64,000 bases of DNA from Gammaproteobacteria bacterium (GTDB lineage: Bacteria; Pseudomonadota; Gammaproteobacteria; Eutrophobiales; Eutrophobiaceae). The stretch is from contig CBDCDS010000003.1 of the NCBI GenBank assembly GCA_965215365.1, positions 416,001-480,000 of the forward strand, written 5' to 3'. Below the pieces are notes generated by a model. It was given only the letters and a program-made list of their open reading frames with translations, ran no database searches and was not told where the DNA came from. Both the position numbers and the translations under genes were made by a program. Shown here in pieces: positions 1 through 9,885 of this stretch (position 1 is its first letter; every line of letters begins with the position of its first letter).

Positions 1-761
1 AGATCACCTGGATGCGTAGCATTTTCGGCGCCGCGGCGCTGCTGCTGGCCGCGGCGTTGACGTCTAACTTGCGGGCGCTAAAGACCCGCCGGCCGGCCTG
101 GCATGTTGGCCGCAGCATCGCCAGCGGTGTTATGGTGCTGGGCGTCTTTTACGGCTTGAAGAATATTCCCCTGGCTGAGTTTGTAGCGATCACGTTCTCC
201 GTGCCTTTTTTTATTGCCGTGTTTTCCCCCCGGTTGCTGAAAGAACAGGTCGCAAAACAGTCCTGGATTGCCATCACTCTGGGGTTCATCGGGGTGCTGT
301 TCGTATTAAGACCCACCCCGGACCACTTCCATATTGCACACCTGACGACCCTGGGCCTGTCCCTGGTAATCAGCCTGATGCTGCTCAGCGCGCGCTACCT
401 GTCCACCACCGAGAGCGGCTGGTCGCTTAATTTCTACTTGCCTGTTGCCGCCATCGCCCTACTCGGCTATCCCACTCTGGTTTACTGGATCGACCCCAGC
501 AACCTGGACTGGGTGTTATTCGCCATGCTGGGCGTGTCACAAACTATCGCGCTGGGCTGCTACATAGAAGCCCTGCGGCTGGCCCGCGCCGCAGTCATAG
601 CCCCGCTGGACTACCTGCGCATGATCTGGACTATCATCGTCGGCTACCTGATCTGGCAGGAACTGCCGGACTCCTACACCTGGACCGGCATCGCCATCAT
701 CGTCGCCAGCGGCATCTACATCGTGCGCCACAGCTACGTGAACCGGACCGAGCATGCTTGA
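1..761 (+). CDS. DMT/EamA family transporter (5' end runs off the window)
   Basis: Hydrophobic multi-TM ORF with EamA-like motifs (GVLFVLRP, APLDYLRMIW, WTGIAIIVASGIY). The frame is open to the window edge. Confidence 0.85.
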   Translation, partial: ITWMRSIFGAAALLLAAALTSNLRALKTRRPAWHVGRSIASGVMVLGVFYGLKNIPLAEFVAITFSVPFFIAVFSPRLLKEQVAKQSWIAITLGFIGVLFVLRPTPDHFHIAHLTTLGLSLVISLMLLSARYLSTTESGWSLNFYLPVAAIALLGYPTLVYWIDPSNLDWVLFAMLGVSQTIALGCYIEALRLARAAVIAPLDYLRMIWTIIVGYLIWQELPDSYTWTGIAIIVASGIYIVRHSYVNRTEHA

Positions 762-835
762 ACAGAAGGCTTGACGGCGAGACAATGGAAACAATACCTG
801 CTTAGCCAAAATCTAATCTATCGCCGGGAAGTAAT

Positions 836-940
836 TAGTATGGTATATTGCCGGGCAAATTGTTTGAATGAGAAAGGGCCCGCTGCTTTTCTCATACCAG
901 TGTTGTCCGTTTGCCATAAGGAGACCAATCATTTCTTCCA
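836..940 (+). repeat. Copy 1 of the duplicated tkt promoter/leader/RBS
   Basis: 867-940 aligns with 2707-2780 (offset 1840) at 68/74 nt, and the last 41 nt are identical. TAGTATGGTATATT (836) matches TAGTATGATATATT (2675). Confidence 0.9.
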
Positions 941-1169
941 CATGTTCGTGTACCCTTAAACGAATCTCAGCGATCAAGCATGTCAGGCCCCTATCCGTAT
1001 TGTGGCGCCAACGGGGTCCTTGATTATGTGAACGACTTCGTCCTTGACGATGACGTAGAAACAACGCTTGAACAAAACCCAAGCCATCAAGCAGGGCATG
1101 ATGCAGCAACTCCTCACAGGTCGCATTCGATTACTCAGGCCTGCTACATCAGGCAAAGAGAAAAACTGA
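941..1169 (+). pseudogene. hsdS: Type I R-M specificity subunit (hsdS) remnant with an internal deletion
   Basis: One frame reads RVPLNESQRSSMSGPYPYCGANGVLDYVNDFVLD (TRD-like). Another reads KQRLNKTQAIKQGMMQQLLTGRIRL...* (typical HsdS C-terminus). Confidence 0.75.
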
Positions 1170-1172
1170 AAG

Positions 1173-2387
1173 ATGACGCCTATCCGCATCTTCATCAGTA
1201 GCGTCCAGACGGAATTTGCTCAAGGGCGCGAGGCATTGCGCGACTACCTGCGCGGTGACCCATTGATGAGGCGCTTCTTCAATGTATTTCTGTTCGAGGA
1301 TGTCCCCGCATCGGACCGTCAGTTTGCTGAGCTTTACCTGGACGAAGTTGATCGATGTGATCTGTACGTGGGCTTGTTCGGCAACGACTACGGAAATGAG
1401 GATCAAGATGGGGTATCACCTACAGAACGGGAGTTTGATCATGCGACAGTGCTTGGGAAACATCGTCTGATTTTTGTAAAGGGTACAGATGATGCTGCCC
1501 GACATCCGAAGATGCTGACCTTGGTTAAGAAGGCTCAAGAGGTAGCCAAACCGATCCCGTCTTACCAAGTTTACAAAGGCACAGTGTTCGATTTGGTTGA
1601 TCAGGCTGCCGACTTCGTATTAAGCAAGATTAACCGGTGGATAGGCACACGGGCGGAGGGTGTTCAAGCGCCCCGAATCTATGAAATCCCAGAAGAAGTC
1701 ATCACCGAGGCAATCGTCAACGCGGTGGTTCATCGCGACTACACGGACAACGGTAGTGTTCAGGTTATGCTCTTTGCAGACCGCCTGGAGGTGTGGAATC
1801 CCGGTCGTCTTCCAGCGTCCCTGACACTGGAGGAACTGCGTGTTCCTCACCAGTCCGTGCCCGGCAACCCTTTGCTTGCAAATGCTATGTATCTGGTTGA
1901 ATACATAGAGCGGATGGGGACGGGAACGCTGGATATGATTCGGCGCTGCACGGATGCAGGATTGCCGGAACCGGAATTTGAGATTACCGGTAGTTTTGTA
2001 ACGAAGATCTGGCGCAAAGTATCCACCGGGCAGCCAGATTCTCTCATCAGTCAGGATAGTGCAGTGAGTGAAATAGAGGGTAAACCGGTGACTACCCCCG
2101 AAGTCACCCCCGAAGTCACCCCCGAAGTCACCCCCGAAGTCACCCCCGAAGTCGTGCGGTTCTTGTCAGTGATCAAGGGGACAATGAGTCGCCAGGAAAT
2201 TCAGGCTGAATTGGGCATCAAGGATGAGAAGCATTTCCGGAAGTTCTATCAGCAACCTGCGGTTACCCGAGATCTGATTGAGATGACTATCCCTGAAAAA
2301 CCGACAAGCCGTTTGCAGAAGTACCGCTTGACGGGAAAAGGTCGTGCCGTTATCGAAAACCTTAAATCGAGCGCCGAAGAACAATGA
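1173..2387 (+). CDS. DUF4062 + HATPase_c_4 (RecG C-terminal-like) + C-terminal wHTH protein, probably internally deleted
   Basis: N-terminal RIFISSVQTEF, EAIVNAVVHRDY, IERMGTG and C-terminal IPEKPTSRLQKYRLT. The abrupt junction KKAQ|EVAKPIPSYQ suggests a lost middle segment. Confidence 0.75.
   Translation: MTPIRIFISSVQTEFAQGREALRDYLRGDPLMRRFFNVFLFEDVPASDRQFAELYLDEVDRCDLYVGLFGNDYGNEDQDGVSPTEREFDHATVLGKHRLIFVKGTDDAARHPKMLTLVKKAQEVAKPIPSYQVYKGTVFDLVDQAADFVLSKINRWIGTRAEGVQAPRIYEIPEEVITEAIVNAVVHRDYTDNGSVQVMLFADRLEVWNPGRLPASLTLEELRVPHQSVPGNPLLANAMYLVEYIERMGTGTLDMIRRCTDAGLPEPEFEITGSFVTKIWRKVSTGQPDSLISQDSAVSEIEGKPVTTPEVTPEVTPEVTPEVTPEVVRFLSVIKGTMSRQEIQAELGIKDEKHFRKFYQQPAVTRDLIEMTIPEKPTSRLQKYRLTGKGRAVIENLKSSAEEQ
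2094..2153 (+). repeat. 12-bp tandem repeat ACCCCCGAAGTC x5 (TPEV)
   Basis: Read directly from the sequence. Confidence 0.95.
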
Positions 2388-2677
2388 GCGTAGTCGGTGA
2401 ATTAGAAACTCTGGCGCAGCAGCGTGTGGTCAGGTTCTTTCAGGATGAGCTCGGCTACACTTACCTCGGCGACTGGATTAACCGTCCCGATAACAGCAAT
2501 GTCGAAAAAGAGATACTTGCCAACTGGCTGAAACGTCAAGGTCACAACGACAAGCTCACCGACAAAGTGCTGCACCAACTGGAAAAGGCAGTTGCAATCA
2601 GTACTGATCGAACTGAGTTGGATGAGCAGATAGAGGAAACTTTCCTGGGCGTAAGTGTGTCGCTGACAAGCGGATAG
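2384..2677 (+). pseudogene. hsdR: Type I restriction subunit hsdR remnant
   Basis: HsdR-like N-terminus (QQRVVRFFQDELGYTYLGDW) joined in frame to the internal helicase motif TDRTELDEQIE, followed by a stop. Confidence 0.75.
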
Positions 2678-2780
2678 TATGATATATTAAGCCGCATAAT
2701 AGCCTAAATGAGAGAGAACCCGCTTCTTTTCTCATGCCGGTGTTGTCCGTTTGCCATAAGGAGACCAATCATTTCTTCCA
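2675..2780 (+). promoter_or_regulatory. tkt promoter/leader (copy 2) with hairpin ATGAGAGAG..CTTTTCTCAT and SD TAAGGAG
   Basis: Extended -10-like TGATATATT; SD at 2757-2763. Confidence 0.6.
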
Positions 2781-4762
2781 GACGCCAGCTTGCCAATGCC
2801 ATCCGGGCTTTGAGCATGGACGCGGTGCAGCGCGCGCACTCCGGGCATCCGGGCACCCCTATGGGCATGGCGGATATCGCTGAAGTGCTGTGGAATGATT
2901 TCTTCAGGCACAACCCGGCCAACCCCGGCTGGGCGGATCGCGATCGCTTCGTCATGTCCAACGGTCACGGTTCCATGCTGTTGTACTCCATCCTGCACCT
3001 GAGCGGTTACGACCTGCCCATGGAGGAGCTGCAGAATTTCCGCCAACTGCATTCGAAAACACCCGGCCACCCGGAGTACGGCTACACCCCTGGCATAGAG
3101 ACTACCACCGGGCCGCTAGGACAGGGCCTGGCCAATGCCGTCGGCATGGCCCTCGCCGAACGCACCCTGGCCGCACAGTTCAACCGTCCTGGTCTGGATA
3201 TCGTCAACCACCACACCTATGCCTCAGTCGGTGACGGTTGCCTGATGGAAGGCATCTCCCATGAAGCCTGCTCGCTGGCCGGCACCCTGGGCCTGGGCAA
3301 GCTCATCGTCATTTACGACAGCAACCGCATCTCCATCGACGGCGAGGTGGAAGGCTGGTTTACCGAAGACATACCCAAACGTTTCGAGGCCTATCGCTGG
3401 CAGGTGCTTGCGGACCTTGACGGGCATGACCCGGAGGCAGTGCGTGAGGCGCTCGGCGCGGCACAGGCGGAGACTGGCAGGCCCAGCCTGTTGTGCTGCC
3501 ACACCACCATCGGCCTGGGTTCGCCCAACAAGCAGGGCAAGGCCTCAAGCCACGGCGCGCCGCTGGGCGCGGCTGAGGTGGCGCTGGTACGGGAAACCAT
3601 AGGCTGGCCCTGGCCGGCGTTTACGATACCTGAAGAGATCTACCAGGGTTGGGACGCCCGGGCCCGGGGCGCGGCGCTGGAAACAGAATGGGACGAGAAA
3701 TTTTCCGCTTACCGGAAGCATTACCCCGAGCAGGCAGCCGAGTTCGGGCGCCGGCTCCGGGGTGACTTGCCTCAAAGCTGGCAGGAAATCAGCCGCGCCT
3801 ACATTGAGACTACCCAACAACAGGGCGAAAGTATCGCTTCGCGCAAGGCCTCACAGAATGCCTTGAACGCCTACGGCCCGGCGCTGCCGGAACTGGTCGG
3901 CGGTTCGGCAGACCTGACCGGCTCCAACCTGACCCTGCGCCAGGACTCCGGCGTCATCAGTGCGACTGTCGCGGACGGCAATTACCTGTACTACGGCGTG
4001 CGCGAATTCGGCATGGCCGCCATCAACAACGGCGTAGCTCTGCATGGCGGTTTTATCCCTTATGGCGGCACCTTTCTCATCTTCACCGAGTACGCCCGCA
4101 ATGCCTTGCGTATGGCGGCCTTGATGAAGCAACGCAATATCTTCGTGCTCACCCATGACTCAATCGGCCTAGGTGAAGACGGCCCCAGCCACCAGGCAGT
4201 GGAACAGACCGCAACGCTGCGCCTGATTCCGAACATGTCGGTCTGGCGCCCGTGTGACGCGGTGGAGACTGCGGTGGCCTGGAAAGCCGCGCTGGAAAAC
4301 CGGGATAAGCCCACCTGCCTGTTGTTGTCACGGCAATCCCTGCCGGCCCTGGCCAGAAGCGCAGAGCAGCTTGCTGAGATTGAACGAGGCGGCTATATTC
4401 TGGTCGAGCCTGACGGCGGGCCGGACCTGATTATCATCGCCACCGGTTCGGAAGTCGCCATTGCCGTGGCAGCCGCACAACAACTGAACGGCAACGGCGG
4501 ACGGGCGCGAGTGGTGTCCATGCCCTCGACCGATGTGTTCGACAGCCAGCCGCAAGCGTACCGTGAACAGGTGTTGCCCGGCGCCTGCCGGCGGCGCATT
4601 GCCGTGGAAGCCGGCATACCGGATTACTGGCGCAAGTATGTCGGTCTTGACGGCAGGATTCTGGGCGTGCCGAGCTTCGGCGAGTCGGCACCCGGCGCCG
4701 TCGTGTTCGAGCATTTCGGCATCAACACGGACGGCCTCATACAACTGATTGAGGCACTTTAA
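2771..4762 (+). CDS. tkt: Transketolase, probable ATT start
   Basis: [25 protein letters not shown] matches TktA from residue 1. [11 protein letters not shown] motif and [12 protein letters not shown] are present. Confidence 0.95.
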   Translation: MSSRRQLANAIRALSMDAVQRAHSGHPGTPMGMADIAEVLWNDFFRHNPANPGWADRDRFVMSNGHGSMLLYSILHLSGYDLPMEELQNFRQLHSKTPGHPEYGYTPGIETTTGPLGQGLANAVGMALAERTLAAQFNRPGLDIVNHHTYASVGDGCLMEGISHEACSLAGTLGLGKLIVIYDSNRISIDGEVEGWFTEDIPKRFEAYRWQVLADLDGHDPEAVREALGAAQAETGRPSLLCCHTTIGLGSPNKQGKASSHGAPLGAAEVALVRETIGWPWPAFTIPEEIYQGWDARARGAALETEWDEKFSAYRKHYPEQAAEFGRRLRGDLPQSWQEISRAYIETTQQQGESIASRKASQNALNAYGPALPELVGGSADLTGSNLTLRQDSGVISATVADGNYLYYGVREFGMAAINNGVALHGGFIPYGGTFLIFTEYARNALRMAALMKQRNIFVLTHDSIGLGEDGPSHQAVEQTATLRLIPNMSVWRPCDAVETAVAWKAALENRDKPTCLLLSRQSLPALARSAEQLAEIERGGYILVEPDGGPDLIIIATGSEVAIAVAAAQQLNGNGGRARVVSMPSTDVFDSQPQAYREQVLPGACRRRIAVEAGIPDYWRKYVGLDGRILGVPSFGESAPGAVVFEHFGINTDGLIQLIEAL

Positions 4763-4770
4763 GGAATCCT

Positions 4771-4790
4771 CTGAAAATGGCAGTATATCC
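4771..4790 (+). promoter_or_regulatory. 20-bp motif CTGAAAATGGCAGTATATCC upstream of gap
   Basis: 19/20 identical to 8795-8814 upstream of fba. Confidence 0.5.
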
Positions 4791-4840
4791 GTAATACTGC
4801 ACAGGCGCCTCATAAACACCAAAACCTGGAGTTACACAAA

Positions 4841-5854
4841 ATGACGATAAACATAGGAATTAACGGCTACGGCAGGATTGGCAGAAACATCTTGCGGGCG
4901 CTGTATGAAAGTGGCCGCACCGACGAGCTTCGCATCGTCGCGGTCAACGACTTGGGTAATGCCGAAACCAACGCGCACCTGACCCGCTATGATACTGCAC
5001 ACGGCAAGTTCCCCGGCACGGTCGAAGTGGACGGTGACTACATGCTGGTCAACGGCGACCGCATACGGGTGTTATCCGAACGCGACCCGGCACAACTGCC
5101 TTGGGGCGAACTGGGCGTGGATGTCGTGCATGAATCCACCGGCTTTTTTGCCAGCAAGGCCAAAGCCGGCGCGCACCTGCAAGGCGGTGCCCAAAAAGTC
5201 ATCATCTCCGCGCCGGGCGGTAACGATGTGGATGCAACCATTGTTTACGGCGTGAACCACGGTGTCCTGAAAAAAACGGATACCGTGATCTCCAACGCGT
5301 CCTGCACCACTAACTGCCTGGCCCCGCTGGTAAAGGTGCTGCATGACCATATAGGCGTGGTCAACGGCGTTATGACCACGGTTCACGCATATACCAACGA
5401 TCAGGTACTGACCGATGTATATCACTCCGATTTGCGGCGTGCCCGTTCCGCCACCATGTCCATGATCCCGACAAAAACCGGTGCCGCGGCCGCAGTCGGT
5501 CTGGTGTTGCCGGAACTGAACGGCAAGCTGGACGGTTATGCAGTGCGCGTGCCGACGATTAACGTCTCACTGGTGGACCTGTCCTTGCAGGCCGCACGTC
5601 CGACCTCGAAAGAAGAGATCGATGCGCTGATGCAAACCGCCGCGGACGGCCCGCTGCATGGCGTTTTGGCCTGCAACAAGGCACCGCTGGTGTCCATCGA
5701 CTTCAACCACGACCCGGCCTCTGCAACCTATGACTCTTCGTTGACCAAGGTGATTGAAGGCACGATGGTGAAAGTGGTGGCCTGGTATGACAACGAATGG
5801 GGATTTTCCAACCGTATGCTGGATACTACCTGCGCGTTGATGAATGCGAGCTGA
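4841..5854 (+). CDS. gap: Glyceraldehyde-3-phosphate dehydrogenase type I
   Basis: [29 protein letters not shown]. Confidence 0.97.
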   Translation: MTINIGINGYGRIGRNILRALYESGRTDELRIVAVNDLGNAETNAHLTRYDTAHGKFPGTVEVDGDYMLVNGDRIRVLSERDPAQLPWGELGVDVVHESTGFFASKAKAGAHLQGGAQKVIISAPGGNDVDATIVYGVNHGVLKKTDTVISNASCTTNCLAPLVKVLHDHIGVVNGVMTTVHAYTNDQVLTDVYHSDLRRARSATMSMIPTKTGAAAAVGLVLPELNGKLDGYAVRVPTINVSLVDLSLQAARPTSKEEIDALMQTAADGPLHGVLACNKAPLVSIDFNHDPASATYDSSLTKVIEGTMVKVVAWYDNEWGFSNRMLDTTCALMNAS

Positions 5855-5866
5855 CAAGAGCTGCGC

Positions 5867-7054
5867 ATGATGACCACCGACTTGCTTACCCTGGATGAGC
5901 TGGACCCGGCGCGCAAGACCGTGCTGATACGCGCGGATTACAACGTGCCGGTAGACGCCGGAGTGATACAGGACGACACGCGCATCCGTGCCGGCCTGCC
6001 CACTCTGAAACGCCTGCTGGACGCGCCGGCTGCGATCATCTTGGTGTCACACCTGGGACGCCCGCAAGCAGGACAATACGAAGCCCGATTCAGTCTGGCC
6101 CCGGTCGCCGCGCATGTCGCTGCCTTGTTGCAACGGGACGTACGCCTAGTGTCCGATTGGGAACAGGGCGTTTCCTTACAGCCGGGGGAAGTGGCAATGC
6201 TGGAGAATATCCGTTTTCTGCCGGGCGAAACGGACAACAGTGACGAACTGGCTCAACGTCTGGCGGGTCTGTGCGACATCTACGTCAACGACGCCTTTGC
6301 CACCGCCCACCGCGCCCAGGCCTCCACCCATGGCGTCGCCCGATATGCCCCGGTCGCCTGTGCCGGTCCGTTACTGCTGGATGAAATAGCAACGCTCACA
6401 ACTGCCCTGGAGCAACCCGGCCGCCCACTGACTGCGATCGTCGGCGGCGCCAAGGTATCCGGCAAGCTGCTGGTGCTGGAGAACCTGATCAAAAAGGTGG
6501 ATCGCCTGATCGTCGGCGGCGGGATTGCCAACACGTTCCTGAAGGCCGCCGGTCAGCCGATAGGCGGCTCGCTCTGTGAAGAAGACCTGATCGACGCCGC
6601 AGCCGGCATCCTTGGCTATGCCCGCGAGCACGGCAAGCAGATCCCGTTGCCGGAAGATGTGGTCTGCGCCAAAAACCTGGCGGCGGAGGCGCTGGCCCAG
6701 GTCAAATATCCGGCAGACATAGCCGCCGACGACTTCATCCTAGATGTGGGGCCGCAGACTATCGCCTTAAATGAGCAGATTATCAATTCCTCTGCCACAA
6801 TCCTGTGGAATGGGCCATTGGGAGTCTTTGAGATCGAGCAGTTTGCAACCGGCACTGCGGCGCTGGCCCGGGCTATTGCCGCCAGCCCGGCTCTGTCTGT
6901 GGCCGGCGGCGGCGATACCGTAGCGGCCATCAGCCGCTTCGGAGTGACTGACGGAATTTCCTGTATTTCAACCGGCGGCGGCGCCTTCCTGGAATTGCTG
7001 GAGGGAAAAACGTTGCCGGCTATCGCGCAATTAAGGAAGGTGGCTCAGGCGTGA
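5867..7054 (+). CDS. pgk: Phosphoglycerate kinase
   Basis: RADYNVP, NDAFATAHRA, GGAKVSGK, STGGGAFLE. Confidence 0.97.
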   Translation: MMTTDLLTLDELDPARKTVLIRADYNVPVDAGVIQDDTRIRAGLPTLKRLLDAPAAIILVSHLGRPQAGQYEARFSLAPVAAHVAALLQRDVRLVSDWEQGVSLQPGEVAMLENIRFLPGETDNSDELAQRLAGLCDIYVNDAFATAHRAQASTHGVARYAPVACAGPLLLDEIATLTTALEQPGRPLTAIVGGAKVSGKLLVLENLIKKVDRLIVGGGIANTFLKAAGQPIGGSLCEEDLIDAAAGILGYAREHGKQIPLPEDVVCAKNLAAEALAQVKYPADIAADDFILDVGPQTIALNEQIINSSATILWNGPLGVFEIEQFATGTAALARAIAASPALSVAGGGDTVAAISRFGVTDGISCISTGGGAFLELLEGKTLPAIAQLRKVAQA

Positions 7055-7082
7055 AGTTGGAAATTCACACCCGCATGGCGGG

Positions 7083-7301
7083 CTACCAGATTTTTGCAAA
7101 CAAGGCGAGATGGGACGCGACCAGTAGCACTAAGACCCATTTTATTGTCCTGATTTCCGCTTTTACCACCTTCATTTCAGCGTCGATATTAACCAGACGC
7201 TGTCCACTATCCGCGACGGCTTGTGAAGCTTTGCGCGCGGTTTCCTCGCTTGCGCCAGCTTCTGTCAAAGCGTCGTATAGTTCGGTAATCATCAAAGACA
7301 T
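7083..7301 (-). CDS. Small coiled-coil + C-terminal TM protein (DUF1640/CCDC90-like), antisense between pgk and pyk
   Basis: MSLMITELYDALTEAGASEETARKA...IKWVLVLLVASHLALFAKIW. Confidence 0.65.
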   Translation of the reverse strand: MSLMITELYDALTEAGASEETARKASQAVADSGQRLVNIDAEMKVVKAEIRTIKWVLVLLVASHLALFAKIW

Positions 7302-7323
7302 GCGCTCATTGTAGCAAAAATAA

Positions 7324-8757
7324 ATGCGTAGAACAAAAATTATCGCCACCATGGGGCCGGCCACCGACAAGCCGGAGATGCTGGACAATCTGATTACAGC
7401 CGGTGTGGACTTGTTTCGCATCAACTATTCCCACCAGACCCACCTAAAACACAAGGAACGGTCGCGGACGCTCCAGGAGATCAGTCTCAAGCGCGGGTTG
7501 GAGATTGGCCTGATAGCCGATTTGCAGGGCCCCAAGATCCGCTTGCGGCGCTTTCAAAACGGCGTAACCCTGCTTCGGGAAGGTGCGGAATTTACCTTGG
7601 ATCCGTCCCTGCCGGACACAGCCGGCGACGACACCCGGGTAGGCGTGACCTACCCGGCACTGGCCCGGGATGTGAAACCCGGCGCGACCTTGCTCATTGA
7701 CGACGGCCGTATCACCATGGAGGTGGTGCAGGTGGTCAAGACACAGGTGCGCTGCCGGGTCATCACGGGGGGGAAATTGTCGGACAACAAAGGTATCAAC
7801 CTCAAAGGCGGCGGTCTCTCCACCGGGGCGCTCACCCGAAAAGACCGCAAGGATCTGCTGCACGGGGTTGAAATCGGGGCCGATTATTTCGCCATCTCGT
7901 TCGTCAGCAGCGTCGCCGATATTGAGCAGGCGCGCGCGTTGCTGGAGCAAGCCGGGTCAAATGCCGGCATTATCGCCAAGTTTGAACGGGCCGAAGCGTT
8001 GCAGGACGCGACAGCCATCATCCGGGCCGCAGATGCCATCATGATTGCGCGCGGTGACCTGGGCGTGGAAATCGGTGACGCGGCCCTGCCGCCGGTGCAG
8101 AAAAAGCTCATCAAACAGGCGCAGAACCTGGATCGACCGGTGATCACCGCAACCCAGATGATGGAGTCCATGATCGACAACACCATCCCCACCCGGGCCG
8201 AGGTGTTCGATGTGGCCAACGCCATCCTGGACGGTACCGACGCAGTCATGCTGTCCGGCGAAACCAGCATCGGCAAATATCCCGACCGGGTGGTGCAGGC
8301 CATGGCCCGCATCTGTGAAGAAACAGAAAAACAGAAGGAAACCCGCGAGTCGCACCACCGCATCAGCCAGGAATTCGGACGTATCGACGAAGCCATCGCC
8401 ATGTCCACCATGTACGCGGCCAACCACATCAAGGCGCAGGCCATTGCGGCCTTGACAGAAACCGGTTCGACCTGCCTGTGGATGTCCCGCATCAGCTCCG
8501 GTATTCCGATTCTGGCGTTTACCCGCCACACGGCCACCATGCGCAAGGTAAGATTATACCGGGGCGTTTATCCGGTACAGTTTGATATTACCCACACGGA
8601 TCCGCTGGAGGCCAATGCAGAAATCATCGAGGTGCTGTTGCGGCGGCAACTGGTCAGCGCCGGCGATATTGTGCTGATCACCAAGGGCGACCTGCGCGGA
8701 CGGCGCGGCGGCACCAATAATCTGAAAATCATTCGGGTGGGTGATACCGCTGCATAG
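7324..8757 (+). CDS. pyk: Pyruvate kinase
   Basis: RRTKIIATMGP, DLQGPKIR, IMIARGDLGVE, TQMMESM. Confidence 0.97.
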   Translation: MRRTKIIATMGPATDKPEMLDNLITAGVDLFRINYSHQTHLKHKERSRTLQEISLKRGLEIGLIADLQGPKIRLRRFQNGVTLLREGAEFTLDPSLPDTAGDDTRVGVTYPALARDVKPGATLLIDDGRITMEVVQVVKTQVRCRVITGGKLSDNKGINLKGGGLSTGALTRKDRKDLLHGVEIGADYFAISFVSSVADIEQARALLEQAGSNAGIIAKFERAEALQDATAIIRAADAIMIARGDLGVEIGDAALPPVQKKLIKQAQNLDRPVITATQMMESMIDNTIPTRAEVFDVANAILDGTDAVMLSGETSIGKYPDRVVQAMARICEETEKQKETRESHHRISQEFGRIDEAIAMSTMYAANHIKAQAIAALTETGSTCLWMSRISSGIPILAFTRHTATMRKVRLYRGVYPVQFDITHTDPLEANAEIIEVLLRRQLVSAGDIVLITKGDLRGRRGGTNNLKIIRVGDTAA

Positions 8758-8794
8758 CAGCTGCAAAACCAGGTTTTGGCTTGCGGCAGACAAC

Positions 8795-8814
8795 CTGAAA
8801 ATGGTAGTATATCC
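8795..8814 (+). promoter_or_regulatory. 20-bp motif CTGAAAATGGTAGTATATCC upstream of fba
   Basis: Near-identical to 4771-4790. Confidence 0.5.
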
Positions 8815-8856
8815 TCTGATTTTTAATTTTATTTTTCACTGCGAGAGTAAGCAAAA

Positions 8857-9885
8857 ATGAGTAACATAACTGAACAGATGACGCAGACGGCCGCCGCCAT
8901 GGTAGCAACGGGCAAGGGCATTCTTGCTATAGACGAGAGCCTGCCGAGCATTAAAAAACGCTTCGATACCATTGATATTGAGTCCACCGAGGAGAATCGG
9001 CGCGCCTACCGGGAGCTGTTGATCACCGCCGCCGGTGGCGAGGAGTTCATCAGCGGCATGATCCTGTTCGACGAGACCCTGCGCCAGCAGACCCGGGACG
9101 GCGTGCCGTTCCCGCAGGCGTTGATAGCAAAAGGCATCATGCCCGGCATCAAGGTGGACACGGGCGCCAAGGAGCTGGCGCGCCACCCCGGCGAGAAGGT
9201 CACCGAAGGTCTGGACGGTTTGCGCGATCGGCTTGCCGAATATCGCGCACTGGGTGCCCGGTTTGCCAAGTGGCGGGCAGTCATTACCATCGGCGATCAC
9301 ATCCCCAGCCACGGCTGCATCGAAGCCAACGCTCACGCCCTGGCGCGCTACGCGGCGCTGTGCCAGGAAGCCGGCATCGTCCCCATGGTGGAACCGGAAG
9401 TGCTGATGGACGCGGATAATGACATCGACATCTGCTACCGGGCCACGGAAAAAACCCTGAGGACGGTGTTCAACGCCTTGTACGAACAGCGCGTGGCACT
9501 GGAACACACCATTCTGAAAACCAACATGGTGATCTCCGGGAAAAAGTGCCCGGTGCAAGCCGGCGTGCAGGAAGTCGCTGAAAAAACCGTGCGCTGCCTG
9601 CTGAGCACGGTGCCGGCAGCGCTGCCGGGAATCGTCTTCCTGTCCGGCGGTCAAAGTGCCACTCTGGCCACGGCCCACCTCAATGAAATGAACCGACGCT
9701 ACCGCGACCTGCCCTGGCCGCTCAGCTTCTCCTACGGCCGCGCCCTGCAAGAGGCGTGCCTGAAGACCTGGGCCGGCAACCCGGCCAACCTCAGTGCCGC
9801 ACAGACCGTACTGCTGCACCGGGAAAAATGCAACAGTCTGGCCTGCCTGGGACAATATACGGACGCGCTTGAACAAGCAGCGTGA
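8857..9885 (+). CDS. fba: Class I (eukaryote-type) fructose-bisphosphate aldolase
   Basis: GKGILAIDES, GIKVDTG, FAKWRAV, VFLSGGQS, SFSYGRALQ. Confidence 0.95.
   Translation: MSNITEQMTQTAAAMVATGKGILAIDESLPSIKKRFDTIDIESTEENRRAYRELLITAAGGEEFISGMILFDETLRQQTRDGVPFPQALIAKGIMPGIKVDTGAKELARHPGEKVTEGLDGLRDRLAEYRALGARFAKWRAVITIGDHIPSHGCIEANAHALARYAALCQEAGIVPMVEPEVLMDADNDIDICYRATEKTLRTVFNALYEQRVALEHTILKTNMVISGKKCPVQAGVQEVAEKTVRCLLSTVPAALPGIVFLSGGQSATLATAHLNEMNRRYRDLPWPLSFSYGRALQEACLKTWAGNPANLSAAQTVLLHREKCNSLACLGQYTDALEQAA

Noticed and set aside
2708-2770. ATG start for tkt given in the ORF track
   Set aside because: It has no SD, gives a non-homologous extension and lies in the leader hairpin. ATT at 2771 fits better.
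8836-9876. Long antisense ORFs opposite fba, pepP, RTX, the reductase and cas1
   Set aside because: These are expected stop-poor shadow frames of GC-rich genes and show no recognisable motifs.
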